DNA of 51,523 nucleotides, from assembly GCA_029856105.1 (NCBI GenBank), contig JAHQWH010000034.1, forward strand, positions 1 through 51,523. Direction: 5' to 3'. The DNA is from Promethearchaeia archaeon. GTDB lineage: Archaea; Asgardarchaeota; Lokiarchaeia; Sigyniarchaeales; SOKP01. Under the pieces are notes generated by a model that saw nothing but the letters and a program-made list of their open reading frames with translations, ran no database searches and was not told the origin of the DNA. Each line of letters begins with the position of its first letter. Position 1 is the stretch's first letter. Position numbers and translations under genes: made by a program. Below are positions 1 to 10,002 of this stretch, piece by piece.

Positions 1-323
<323 letters not shown>

Positions 324-401
324 TTTATTTAAATCTTAATTACTTGGAGTTTGTTATAAGAGTTATTAATTAACTTTCAACCTTTTTATATTAATCGTAA
401 T

Positions 402-503
402 GGGCCTGTAGATCAGTAGCAGATCGCTTGACACACAACTAGCAATTAGCTTGATGCGAGATTTGCACTCAAGAGGTCACGGGTTCAATTCCCGTCAGGT
501 CCA
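402..503 (+). tRNA. tRNA-Ala(TGC) with a 30-nt intron at 32/33 (433-462)
   Basis: Acceptor GGGCCTG/CAGGTCC with G3:U70; anticodon stem CTTGA/TCAAG; BHB central helix CTTG/CGAG with ACA and ATT bulges; T-arm ACGGG-TTCAATT-CCCGT. Confidence 0.93.
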
Positions 504-689
504 CTTTCTTCTCGCAAGATCGATAAAGCGATACAAAAATCTTTTACTTCTTTAAATTTATTATTATTGTAAAGATATAAAACTCAAAAAACAAATTCAA
601 ATTTTTATTAATAAGACATAAACTTATTATTTTAAATTGTAAAATCAGAACTTTTTTTAATTATTCTTTATATTTTATGAATAACAACT

Positions 690-845
690 ATGAAGTTAAT
701 AAGTTATTTTGTGATTGTCATTTTATTTTTATTTCAAGACTTAACTCCAGAACAAGAAATGTTTAATTTCATGTTAGTTTTCCTTGGAATTATATTGATA
801 ATCGTTATTTTAGTGTATATTTTGTTAACTTCAAGGCAAGAATGA
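690..845 (+). CDS. Small putative membrane protein (51 aa, not in ORF track)
   Basis: ATG..TGA, MKLISYFVIVILFLFQDLTPEQEMFNFMLVFLGIILIIVILVYILLTSRQE; two hydrophobic segments; converges on ychF. Confidence 0.45.
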   Translation: MKLISYFVIVILFLFQDLTPEQEMFNFMLVFLGIILIIVILVYILLTSRQE

Positions 846-851
846 TTCTTT

Positions 852-2063
852 TTATTTTGCTGATACAATTTTAATGATATCATTATGATTTAATTCATAA
901 TTTTCGCCTAATCTCTTTTTCGTTCGCGCATCAATACCAAAAATAAAATGGTCAGCTAAATCAGTATGAATTTTATCGCGAACAAAATTCTTTAACAAGG
1001 TACCTTTTTTGACGAGGAAAGCATCGGGTAGAACATTACCCTTGTTATCTGTATATTTATTAATATCAGAAATGGGGTAAACACAGATTTGATTTAAAGT
1101 GTTAAAAACAGCGAAATTTAACGCTTTTTGAATCCCAGTTTCTTTAAACGGGTTAAGAATTATCTCTCGTATCTTATTTAACATCTGTAATTCTTTTTGG
1201 CCTAAATTTTGATCACCCATTATATTAAAATTATCTGAACCAGGTAAATAATCAATCTTTTTTTCTTGGTGGTATTTTCTTAAAAAATATTCAGCTAAAG
1301 CGCTACAAGGAATAACTTCTCCATCAAACTTTTTCTTTAATACAACAAAATTTTCCATACCATTCTCTTTATCAATCTTATTAGCTAAAATAAGAATAGG
1401 TTTTGAAAGTTCTCTTAAATTTTTCGAGAAAATTAAAAGGTCATCATCTGACCACGATGAAGGGTTTTTATCTCCTAAATTTGATTGTTTTAAAGCTAAT
1501 CCAATTTGATGCCTTTTAACCTTTATTCCCGAAAGCCTTTTATGTAATTCTTCAACAAATTTTTTTTTTCCCCGAGAAAATAAATTTAAGAATTTACTCC
1601 AATCTTCTCTTTCTAAGATTTGCTTAAACCAAAGATTAATTTCATTTTCAAGGAAGATTATATCTTCGTAGGGGTCATTTTCACCGATCTTTATTCTTTT
1701 CCCGTTTTTATCGAGAGAACCGCTAATATCAACTATATGAATAAGAACATCCGCTGTACCTAAATCGTTAAGAAATCTATTTCCCAAGCCTTTTCCCTTA
1801 TGAGCGTCAGGAACTAAACCAGCAACGTCGAGTATATTTATAGGAATAAAACGATTACCAATGACGCAGTAAGAATTTTTTGGATTATCTTTGACATTTA
1901 ATTCTTTACAAACACAATTTATCTTTATATACGCCACTCCTTTATTCGGTTCGATGGTTGTAAAAGGTAATTCACTCACTTTTGCGTTTGTTAAGCATGC
2001 TGCATTTAAAAAAGTCGATTTTCCAGAACTTGGTTTTCCAATAATCCCTATTAAAAAACTCAT
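852..2063 (-). CDS. ychF: YchF/OLA1-related OBG-family translation-associated NTPase with TGS domain
   Basis: GKPSSGKST, PFTTIEPN, DVAGLV, NKID, C-terminal IHTDLA TGS-like region. Confidence 0.9.
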   Translation of the reverse strand: MSFLIGIIGKPSSGKSTFLNAACLTNAKVSELPFTTIEPNKGVAYIKINCVCKELNVKDNPKNSYCVIGNRFIPINILDVAGLVPDAHKGKGLGNRFLNDLGTADVLIHIVDISGSLDKNGKRIKIGENDPYEDIIFLENEINLWFKQILEREDWSKFLNLFSRGKKKFVEELHKRLSGIKVKRHQIGLALKQSNLGDKNPSSWSDDDLLIFSKNLRELSKPILILANKIDKENGMENFVVLKKKFDGEVIPCSALAEYFLRKYHQEKKIDYLPGSDNFNIMGDQNLGQKELQMLNKIREIILNPFKETGIQKALNFAVFNTLNQICVYPISDINKYTDNKGNVLPDAFLVKKGTLLKNFVRDKIHTDLADHFIFGIDARTKKRLGENYELNHNDIIKIVSAK

Positions 2064-2095
2064 TATTTAATACTAGAATTCCAATTTCTTAAAAT

Positions 2096-3892
2096 TTATT
2101 TATTTTTCTCTTGTTCATTGAATAAATTAGTAATATAATCATCAAATTTATCATATTTCTTTTTTTCAACCATAATAACTGCATTTTTTTTGCTATTTTT
2201 TACAGTTATTAAATTTGTAGAACTTAGTAGAGAGGAATCTTCTTTTTCTCTATTTTGCAAAATCTTTTTTAAAATCTTTTTATTTTTCAACAGATTTATT
2301 TTGGAAAAATGCTTTGAAATTGATGTTTTAACATTTTTAAGCAGAAGTTTGTATATTTTACTAGTTTTTTGCTGAAATTCTATTTTTGAATCCAATTTTT
2401 TTTCACTCTTTTCTAAAATCAACTGATTTTTTCTATTTATCTCTGAAACTGTTATAAAGTGCCGCTTTATATAGGGAACGTCAAGTAAAAATGGTTCTTT
2501 AATTGAATCTACACGTATGATACATTGACCTTCATCCAATATTGAAAGATAGTTCCTTTTTTCAATATCTAAGTTTAAAAGTTCACACATGACATCTTTT
2601 TCAAGATGATTTTTAAAAGTTAGAACAACGCCATTATTGGCTAATATTTCTCTACTAATATTTGGACGAGTAGATAATGTTATTAAGCATTCTCCAGTAC
2701 CCCTTTGTATAAGTGCAATATCTTCTAAATAGGACGTCAATTTTGACTTTTTTAACAAGTCTTGAGGTGCAAAATATTGAGCATCTTCGATAATAGTGAT
2801 ATGTTTTATTCCTTGATAATTTAAGGCACCCTGGGTTAAATTTTTATCCCACATATACTTTAGAACCATATTTAGAAAAAAAAGAGCATCTTCTTTTTCT
2901 CCACCGAGACGAATTATTGAACTTAAATCTAAAATAACATTTTTAATAAAAAGTTCTGATATCTGTATCTTAGAATTTGATTCAAATACAGCCTTGATCG
3001 GACCTATAGAAAATCTCCTGATTCTATTTTGTAAACTGACAAGTGTTTGTTTTAACATAGGGATTTTATTCTGATTAACATTAAGATATTTTTTACTACA
3101 AATTTCAAAACCTTCCCAACTCTGAAGAGCCTTATTTTCACAGATTTTTGTTAATATTTCAATTAATACTTTTTCCATTTGAGGGGAATATTCTGCGCTC
3201 TCATTTAAAAACTGTCCACTTTTTAATATATCAAATATTCTCTCGGCGTGGATAATGGGGTTTGCACCTAATGGGTCGAAGATATTAATCGAAAAATTTT
3301 CTCCTGGCCATAGAATTAATAAGTCTTTTAGTTTGTCTTGCAAGAAATGATATTCTCCCTTAAATTCTACTAAAAAAAAAGGCTTTTTATATTGCTTTGT
3401 AAAATTTATTAGAAAATTTTGTAGAAAATTACTTTTTCCGGTGCCCGTTGAACCGCAAACAAACATATGTTTCTCAAGATCCTTTATTGAAAGGGAAAAA
3501 TCATATTTTTTTGAATTTCCCCTTAAGACCTTCCCTAATTTAATAGAACCCCCTTTTGAGGTTTGATATGAAGGCTCTTCCAAATCCATGATTAATTTAT
3601 CTACTTTTAAAAAATTTAATATGCATAAAATAATGGAACAACAAAGAAAAATTACAGACATGTTAAAATTAAAAATATCTCCGATATAATTATTGAAATT
3701 ATCTAAAATGTAATCCGAGTCTTTTATCAAAAACAATGGAAAATCAATTAACAGAAAATATACTACAGCTATAAAAAGCGTAAATATAAGATATCTTAAT
3801 TTTAATAAAGAAAATCCCCTTTTCTTATAAAAATAATAAACTACATTTATTATAAAACAGAATATATTTAAAATAAAAAAACTATTAACCAT
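2096..3892 (-). CDS. HerA/VirB4-like (DUF87) ATPase with N-terminal transmembrane segments
   Basis: HMFVCGSTGTGKS Walker A, EFKGEY, IIEDAQ Walker B-like, STRP; three hydrophobic N-terminal stretches. Confidence 0.75.
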   Translation of the reverse strand: MVNSFFILNIFCFIINVVYYFYKKRGFSLLKLRYLIFTLFIAVVYFLLIDFPLFLIKDSDYILDNFNNYIGDIFNFNMSVIFLCCSIILCILNFLKVDKLIMDLEEPSYQTSKGGSIKLGKVLRGNSKKYDFSLSIKDLEKHMFVCGSTGTGKSNFLQNFLINFTKQYKKPFFLVEFKGEYHFLQDKLKDLLILWPGENFSINIFDPLGANPIIHAERIFDILKSGQFLNESAEYSPQMEKVLIEILTKICENKALQSWEGFEICSKKYLNVNQNKIPMLKQTLVSLQNRIRRFSIGPIKAVFESNSKIQISELFIKNVILDLSSIIRLGGEKEDALFFLNMVLKYMWDKNLTQGALNYQGIKHITIIEDAQYFAPQDLLKKSKLTSYLEDIALIQRGTGECLITLSTRPNISREILANNGVVLTFKNHLEKDVMCELLNLDIEKRNYLSILDEGQCIIRVDSIKEPFLLDVPYIKRHFITVSEINRKNQLILEKSEKKLDSKIEFQQKTSKIYKLLLKNVKTSISKHFSKINLLKNKKILKKILQNREKEDSSLLSSTNLITVKNSKKNAVIMVEKKKYDKFDDYITNLFNEQEKNK

Positions 3893-4316
3893 TTTAACTT
3901 TTTTAAATCAAAAAGTTATAAACTACACAAAATTTTAACCTTAAAAAGCTTAATTTTCTGGATGGCTAGAGCGAATTTATATCGATTTTCAAGTTACCTA
4001 AAAATAAAAAATCCTGTGAAAAAGCTACCCGCCAAAATAAGAAGTAGAACCGTTTGATGACGTCTTTAGATTATAAGAAGATATATTCTCTCAGAAATAT
4101 GCCAATTGAGTCAATATACCTGAGAATAATAATTAAATAAAGAAAAAATAATTTAGGAGTTAATTTCTTAGTTTTAATGCATTCTTTAAAAACATTTTCA
4201 CTAAGGAAAATTGAAAGAATTCATATTCGTAAACTTTTTTAATTTTATGACTTAGAGATCATTATATAAATAACATAAAATTTTGAATTAAAATATTAGA
4301 ATAAAGTGATTTTAAA

Positions 4317-5921
4317 ATGGCACAGTTGAGCGGTGTCCCAATCCTTATCTTAAAAGAAGGTACAGAAAGAAAACAAGGAAAGGATGCCCAAAAAAATAAT
4401 ATAGCTGCAGCTAAAGCAGTAGCAGAAGCAGTAAGAACAACACTTGGTCCTAAAGGTATGGATAAAATGCTTGTTGATTCTTTAGGAGATGTAACAATAA
4501 CGAACGATGGTGCAACGATCTTAGACACTATTGATATTGAACATCCAGCAGCTAAAATGATAGTCGAAGTTGCTAAAACGCAAGATGATAAAGTTGGCGA
4601 TGGAACTACTACGAGCGTTATCATTTCTGGAGAATTATTGAATCTTGCCCAAGAGTTAATGGATCAATCAGTTCACCCAACGATAATAATTAGGGGTTAT
4701 AGAAAAGCTTTATTAAAGTCTAAGGAAATATTGAAAGAACTAGCTACTAAAATTGATATTAACGATGTAGAGACTTTATTGAAAGTCGCAGGAACTTCAA
4801 TGAATAGTAAATTAATTACGGGAGTTAAAAGTCATTTTGCAGATATTGCTGTTAAAGCGGTAAACCAAATAAAAGAAAAACGCGGAGACCGTATTTTAAT
4901 CGATTTGGATCAAATTCAAATGATAAAAAAAGAAGGAAAAAGTCTAATAGATACAAAAATCATAGATGGAATTATAGTGGATAAGGAAATTGTACATCCT
5001 ATGATGCCAAAATCTCTCAAGGATGCAAAAATTGCATTAATTACCTCATCTCTTGAAGTTGAGAAAACTGAATTTGATGCCGAGATTAGAATTCAAACAC
5101 CTGATCAAATCAATAAATTCCTTGAAGAAGAAGCGAAAATGCTTAAATCCCGCGTTAACAAATTAAAAGAAGTTGGAGTTAATGTTGTTTTTTGTCAGAA
5201 GGGTGTTGATGACAAGGCACAAAACTTTCTTGCCCAAGAAAACATCATAACGATTCGTAGAGTTAAGAGATCTGATATGGAAAAACTTGCTCGAGCTACA
5301 AATGCAAAATTGGTCAATAATATCTTCGATATTAAAGCTGAGGACTTAGGTAAAGCAGGAAAAGTAGAGGAAAAGAAAATTGGGGATGATAATATGATTT
5401 TTGTATCCGAGTGTGTTGATCCTAAGGCTGTGAGCATATTAATAAGGGCTGGGATTGAACATGTTATGGATGAAGCTGAAAGAATGTTCGATGACGCACT
5501 ATCTGTAGTAAAAGCAGCAATTGAAATGCCTTACATTTTACCGGGGGGCGGAGCCTCTGAAATTGAGTTAGCTAAACGATTAAGAGCTTATGCTCGTTCA
5601 ATAGGGGGTAGAGAACAATTAGCGATTGAAATCTATGCTAACGCCTTAGAGATAATCCCTAAAACATTAGTTGAAAATGCGGGACATAATCCTGTTGATT
5701 TGATTGTAGAATTACGTTCAAAACACGAATCAGATAATGGAAACTCGTATGGTATTAATATTGATACGGGTAAACCTGACAATATGATGGAACTGGGTGT
5801 TATTGAACCATTAATGATATTAACTCAAGCTATTCAATCAGCAACTGAAGTTACTTCTATGATTTTAAAAATTGACGATGTAATTGCTGCTTCAGGACTT
5901 TCGAAACATTCTGGAGATTAA
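4317..5921 (+). CDS. ths: Thermosome (group II chaperonin) subunit
   Basis: [30 protein letters not shown] motifs. Confidence 0.97.
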   Translation: MAQLSGVPILILKEGTERKQGKDAQKNNIAAAKAVAEAVRTTLGPKGMDKMLVDSLGDVTITNDGATILDTIDIEHPAAKMIVEVAKTQDDKVGDGTTTSVIISGELLNLAQELMDQSVHPTIIIRGYRKALLKSKEILKELATKIDINDVETLLKVAGTSMNSKLITGVKSHFADIAVKAVNQIKEKRGDRILIDLDQIQMIKKEGKSLIDTKIIDGIIVDKEIVHPMMPKSLKDAKIALITSSLEVEKTEFDAEIRIQTPDQINKFLEEEAKMLKSRVNKLKEVGVNVVFCQKGVDDKAQNFLAQENIITIRRVKRSDMEKLARATNAKLVNNIFDIKAEDLGKAGKVEEKKIGDDNMIFVSECVDPKAVSILIRAGIEHVMDEAERMFDDALSVVKAAIEMPYILPGGGASEIELAKRLRAYARSIGGREQLAIEIYANALEIIPKTLVENAGHNPVDLIVELRSKHESDNGNSYGINIDTGKPDNMMELGVIEPLMILTQAIQSATEVTSMILKIDDVIAASGLSKHSGD

Positions 5922-5944
5922 TTTTTTTTAATTTTTTATTTTTA

Positions 5945-6406
5945 TTAAAATTTATTCAATTTTTTAAATTCAACTCCCCATGAAAATTTTGAGAGTATCA
6001 AATCAGCGTAATTATGAAAATCTGTAATATAAAGCGCTGCCGCTAATGCCTCAACAGAGCTCAATTTTTCCACTTTGCCATAATTTACTGGATTTGCAGC
6101 GATAAGTGCTGGTAATCTTCTGCTGTTTTTTAAGTTAAAGTTTTTCAAATTGAATATTTTTTTCCAAGAGCAATCCACGACAATAAGACCGTACTTCAAA
6201 ATAATCTCTCTATCGCTATCATTTATCAATTTTTTAGAAAAGGGATCTAAAAAAATAGCATTATAGTTTCTTCCTTTAATTTTAGACACGATTTTTAGCA
6301 GATTAAACCTTGATAATTTCAAGGCTGTGCATTTTTTCCTATCGCATTCATTAAAATGGAGACAAAATAGTTTCGGAATAGATTCTTCCAAATTAGATTT
6401 AATCAT
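5945..6406 (-). CDS. tsr3: Tsr3 rRNA aminocarboxypropyltransferase (DUF367)
   Basis: ECDRKKCTALKL, VDCSW, RRLPALIAANPVNYG, LSSVEALAAAL, FSWG. Confidence 0.93.
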   Translation of the reverse strand: MIKSNLEESIPKLFCLHFNECDRKKCTALKLSRFNLLKIVSKIKGRNYNAIFLDPFSKKLINDSDREIILKYGLIVVDCSWKKIFNLKNFNLKNSRRLPALIAANPVNYGKVEKLSSVEALAAALYITDFHNYADLILSKFSWGVEFKKLNKF

Positions 6407-7397
6407 ATTTAAAACTGGTTAATACATTTACAGATTTTATAAAGTTTTCAGTAGTTCGCTCAGCCCCTATTATTTTCATTATTGAAAATATAATATTTCG
6501 GGATTCACACATAATTGGAATTCCCCCATACGTCAATGTGAAGAGACCTATAAAAGAAATTTCTTCCATGTTTAAAGTTCCTTCCACTTCAGAAAACTTT
6601 AATTTTCCAGAAGGACAAGTAATAATTCCGTAAAAATTTTCAGGATCTTGCCCAGAAATTGCCACATAACACAATAACTCACCAATTGAACAGCTCTCAG
6701 ACTCTTCTTTCATTTTTTGAAAAGCAACATTAGCACTGGCAGAAAACGCCTCAACCGGAATTGGTAAATTTCGGCCACTAACTTCCCGAGCATCTAAAGT
6801 TAAGCCCGTTGAGCTTACAAGACTATACCTTATATATATAGGGTTTTGTATTGAGTCCAAAACATAACTTATAGCCGGTAATAGATTGGTAGAATCAAAT
6901 TTTTCTGGAGAATAAGATACGAAAGAAACTTCAGATCCCATACCAAAGAGGTAAATCGCACTTCGTACTTTGTTTGAAAAATATTCAAGATCTCTCTCAG
7001 TTTCATTATTACTACCAAAAAAATCTCCTAATTTCTGTTTTATATAGTACATAGAACTTGCTAAATTATCTGCATCTAATGGCCATTCTTTGTGATAATC
7101 ATGAACAATTGTTAAGAGAGTTTGATTTATCCTAATCGTTATTAAACAAACCTTATCAAAGAATGAAAACGAAATAACTTGGTCCTTAATATTCAAATCT
7201 TCCCAACTTTCTTCGCTCGCAGAAAACGCTGCTGAAGCTAAACTAGTAATACGATTAGCATTTATCTCAATATCACTTTTCCTTCCAATTTTAGCAATAG
7301 AAAGCCCATTCAAATCACATAAGATTACCAAAATTGTACCTTGAGATGCCCTCAAAATTGACGTCAAATATTTTATTAACGAATCTCTTACACTCAT
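6399..7397 (-). CDS. Tandem Roadblock/LC7-like domain protein
   Basis: Two Roadblock-like patterns: LCDLNGLSIA..ITSLASAAFSASE and LVSSTGLTLD..FSASANVAF. Confidence 0.6.
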   Translation of the reverse strand: MSVRDSLIKYLTSILRASQGTILVILCDLNGLSIAKIGRKSDIEINANRITSLASAAFSASEESWEDLNIKDQVISFSFFDKVCLITIRINQTLLTIVHDYHKEWPLDADNLASSMYYIKQKLGDFFGSNNETERDLEYFSNKVRSAIYLFGMGSEVSFVSYSPEKFDSTNLLPAISYVLDSIQNPIYIRYSLVSSTGLTLDAREVSGRNLPIPVEAFSASANVAFQKMKEESESCSIGELLCYVAISGQDPENFYGIITCPSGKLKFSEVEGTLNMEEISFIGLFTLTYGGIPIMCESRNIIFSIMKIIGAERTTENFIKSVNVLTSFKYD

Positions 7398-7571
7398 AAA
7401 AAAACCTAATTTTTTTATCTAACCTTATAATTCTATCTGCTTTAATAACAATAATCTTAATTCTTAAATATTTCTTATTTTTATTTTCAACTATCAATTT
7501 AATCGCAAGTAAAATTATTTCTTTAACTAACTAAAAAATTTATTTAGTTTTTCGCATTTTAAATACTAAAT

Positions 7572-7609
7572 TAACTACTAACTTCTAAAAATAACTACTA
7601 AATTCTAAA
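7572..7609. repeat. Two imperfect 20-bp tandem units directly before tRNA-Leu
   Basis: TAACTACTAACTTCTAAAAA / TAACTACTAAATTCTAAA. Confidence 0.6.
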
Positions 7610-7694
7610 GCGGGAATTGCCAAGTCTGGTCTACGGCGCTGGACTTAGAATCCAGTCTCAGAGGAGTTCGAGGGTTCAAATCCCTCTTCCCGCA
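7610..7694 (+). tRNA. tRNA-Leu(TAG), intronless
   Basis: GCGGGAA/TTCCCGC acceptor; CTGGA-CTTAGAA-TCCAG anticodon arm; long variable arm; GAGGG-TTCAAAT-CCCTC. Confidence 0.97.
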
Positions 7695-7855
7695 TTTAAT
7701 TTACAACAATAAAGATAGCATATTTTTAATAAGGTAATCATTTCTTTTTCTATTATAAAAAAATTTAAAATCAAACATTAATTAGAAAATTATATTTAGA
7801 ATCGTTTTTATACAATTCTAATAATCCGTTTGATATAATTTAAAACAAATAGTAA

Positions 7856-7987
7856 GCTCTCGTAGTGTAGTTCGGCCAAACTTTCCTAATAGGAAAGGGC
7901 TTAGCATGCTAGGCTTTCACCCTGGTGACAATACGGAACAAATCGGACCGTATCATTAACCGGGTTCGAATCCCGGCGAGAGCACCA
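7856..7987 (+). tRNA. tRNA-Glu(TTC) with two introns (7880-7903 at 21/22; 7930-7959 at 48/49), CCA encoded
   Basis: GCTCTCG/CGAGAGC-ACCA; CTAGG-CTTTCAC-CCTGG; BHB helices GGCC/GGCT and GGTG/CATT with 3-nt bulges and intron hairpins CTTTCCTA/TAGGAAAG and ATACGG/CCGTAT. Confidence 0.92.
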
Positions 7988-8021
7988 TCAGAACTTGGTA
8001 TAAAGCATTGGAAAATAATCT

Positions 8022-8218
8022 GCCTCGATAGCTCAGTTAGTGAGAGCACCGTATCGGTGTGCTTGATAAAGTAGAGCACCCGGCTCGAATAATGGATGGA
8101 TTTACCATTATTCCCGGAAGTTAACCGGGCGGTCGCATGTTCGATTTGTTGACTAACCTCTGGGCAATACGAGAACCATAAAATAATCGATTTCCGAAGT
8201 TTGGTTTAGCTCGGGGCG
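8022..8218 (+). tRNA. tRNA-Asn(GTT) with four introns (~8039/41-8068/70 in D-loop; 8086-8119 at 33/34; 8146-8175 at 59/60; 8180-8208 at 63/64)
   Basis: Removing four hairpin inserts yields a full cloverleaf: GCCTCGA/TCGGGGC-G, GCTC/GAGC, CCCGG-CTGTTAA-CCGGG, GCATG-TTCGATC-CATGC; BHB helices CCGG/CCGG, TTCG/CGAG, AACC/GGTT. Confidence 0.88.
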
Positions 8219-8347
8219 TTTAAATCCTCTTACTTTTATTTATTATAGATTAATGTTTAAATCCGCAATTTACAGAGTATTATAATAGAGTTGATAGAAA
8301 AGTTTCTTTTTTGCGGTTAAAATGGCAATTTCTAAAAATAGGGCGAA

Positions 8348-8872
8348 TTATGTTTGATTTGCATAAAATATAAGCCACTTTGCCATGGCTTGAAACGATT
8401 CGTTTATGTTTATATTTTCTTTTGAAGAAGTGAAAACGCATTGATTGCATTTAGCATTTTGGGCGTATTCATTTGCGATTTCGAAATCCACTTCGTGGTT
8501 CGCTAAATCCCACTTCATCCCCATAAGAATAATAGGTACAAATCCTGCTTTTTTCCGAATAATTTTTAGCCAACCTGGAATTTCTCTGAAAGTATCGTAA
8601 TCCGTTATATCAAAGCAAATAAACGCACCACTAGCACCTTTACAATAGTCTGGTAAAAGCTCTCGGAAGCGTTTTTCTCCTGCGAAGTCCCATAATTGCA
8701 TTTTTACAGACTCTCCGGTGTCAAGGACTTCTGACTTTGTGTGGAATCCCGCACCTATAGTCATCTTATAGCCTTCTTCAAATTTTCCCGTACAATATCG
8801 AGCCACCATAGCAGTTTTTCCCACACCACCTGCTCCTGCTACGATTACTTTAAAAATCCATGAACTCATCAT
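8348..8872 (-). CDS. Rab-like small GTPase
   Basis: GAGGVGKT, TIGAGF, WDFAGE, MKWD, TSSK; no C-terminal prenylation cysteines. Confidence 0.92.
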   Translation of the reverse strand: MMSSWIFKVIVAGAGGVGKTAMVARYCTGKFEEGYKMTIGAGFHTKSEVLDTGESVKMQLWDFAGEKRFRELLPDYCKGASGAFICFDITDYDTFREIPGWLKIIRKKAGFVPIILMGMKWDLANHEVDFEIANEYAQNAKCNQCVFTSSKENININESFQAMAKWLIFYANQT

Positions 8873-9100
8873 TTTTTTTCATGAATTATTTTTTTTTAAT
8901 TATATTAAATAAGAATTTATTTTTATAATGTTGTTAATAATAAAACCTAAAAACCAAATTAATCAATTCCTTATAAAAACTTAACATTTTTAAAATTATA
9001 CAAAACCAAAATAAAAAAAGGTTTTTATAAGATTTAGTTCTATTATTTTTTAGTACTGTATTTTAATAAGTTTCAATAATAAAGGTTGTGAAAAAGGAGT

Positions 9101-9448
9101 ATTAAAGAAGAAGACATTTGTCCGGTATGTAGTTTTCCGAAAGACCTATGTATATGCGATAGTTTAAGCGCAGATGAACAACAAATCATTATCTCTAACG
9201 ATCGAAGGAAATGGGGGCGTGTGGTTACAGTTATCACCTTCGAAGGAAATATAGACGCAAACTTAAAGGATATTCTTACGCAAGCTAAAAAGAAATGTGC
9301 TTCTGGGGGAACTGTTAGAGGAAATTTAATCGAGCTTCAAGGTGACCACAAGTTCAAGTTGAAAAAATTTTTAATTGACTTGGGCTTCCCTGAAGAAAAT
9401 ATTATCATTCGACAAGGGATGATGAAGAAACCATATAAAAAGCGATAA
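9101..9448 (+). CDS. aif1: Translation initiation factor aIF1 (SUI1), probable ATT start
   Basis: SUI1 motifs KKKCASGGTV..IELQGDH; frame extends 5' of 9221 through zinc knuckle CPVCSFPKDLCIC to an in-frame TGA at 9089; no ATG/GTG/TTG before the knuckle. Confidence 0.9.
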   Translation: MKEEDICPVCSFPKDLCICDSLSADEQQIIISNDRRKWGRVVTVITFEGNIDANLKDILTQAKKKCASGGTVRGNLIELQGDHKFKLKKFLIDLGFPEENIIIRQGMMKKPYKKR

Positions 9449-9534
9449 AATAATAATAGTACCGGTAGTTCATTTGCATTTTTTTTTATTCTATTTAAAT
9501 TTTAAAATTTAAAAAAAAGATAAATTAGATTTCT

Positions 9535-9987
9535 ATGAGTGCAATATTTTACAAGGTAATTTTTAAGGGGAATAAAGGGGTTAAAAATGAACCGCATTCA
9601 TTAACTTTTAAAAGCATAATCTCTGATAAACCGATTAATATTCCTTCTCAATATTTTTCGTCTCTAAAAATATTAAGTCAAAAGCATCAAAACGTAATAA
9701 ATTTTAAAAACATTCGAGAAGTAATAAAAAGTGGAGATGTACCTACTAATTATAATTTTAATTACTATATTGTTATTCTCTACACATCTTTATCAGATGG
9801 AAAAAAGGAAGGTTTTTTAATTGGAAATGTAAAGAAACTAGGAGATATTTTAATTGGTATTTGGCCATTTAATCAACCGTATACTCAATTTACCTCAGAA
9901 ATGATTTTAGAAAAGTTAGATGTTCTAATTAGTAGCGAAAATTTTAAAAATATAAGTGTAATTTATTCATTAAAAAATGTACAATAA
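9535..9987 (+). CDS. Hypothetical protein
   Basis: 150-aa ORF, ATG start, no recognised motif. Confidence 0.65.
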   Translation: MSAIFYKVIFKGNKGVKNEPHSLTFKSIISDKPINIPSQYFSSLKILSQKHQNVINFKNIREVIKSGDVPTNYNFNYYIVILYTSLSDGKKEGFLIGNVKKLGDILIGIWPFNQPYTQFTSEMILEKLDVLISSENFKNISVIYSLKNVQ

Positions 9988-10002
9988 AATGTGTAAGCTT
10001 TA

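Noticed and set aside
3995-4160. Broken hydrophobic reading frame upstream of the HerA-like gene (possible pilin-like pseudogene or Sec read-through)
   Set aside because: Needs both a TGA read-through and a frameshift, has no start codon or visible SECIS, and T-rich DNA gives hydrophobic translations by chance
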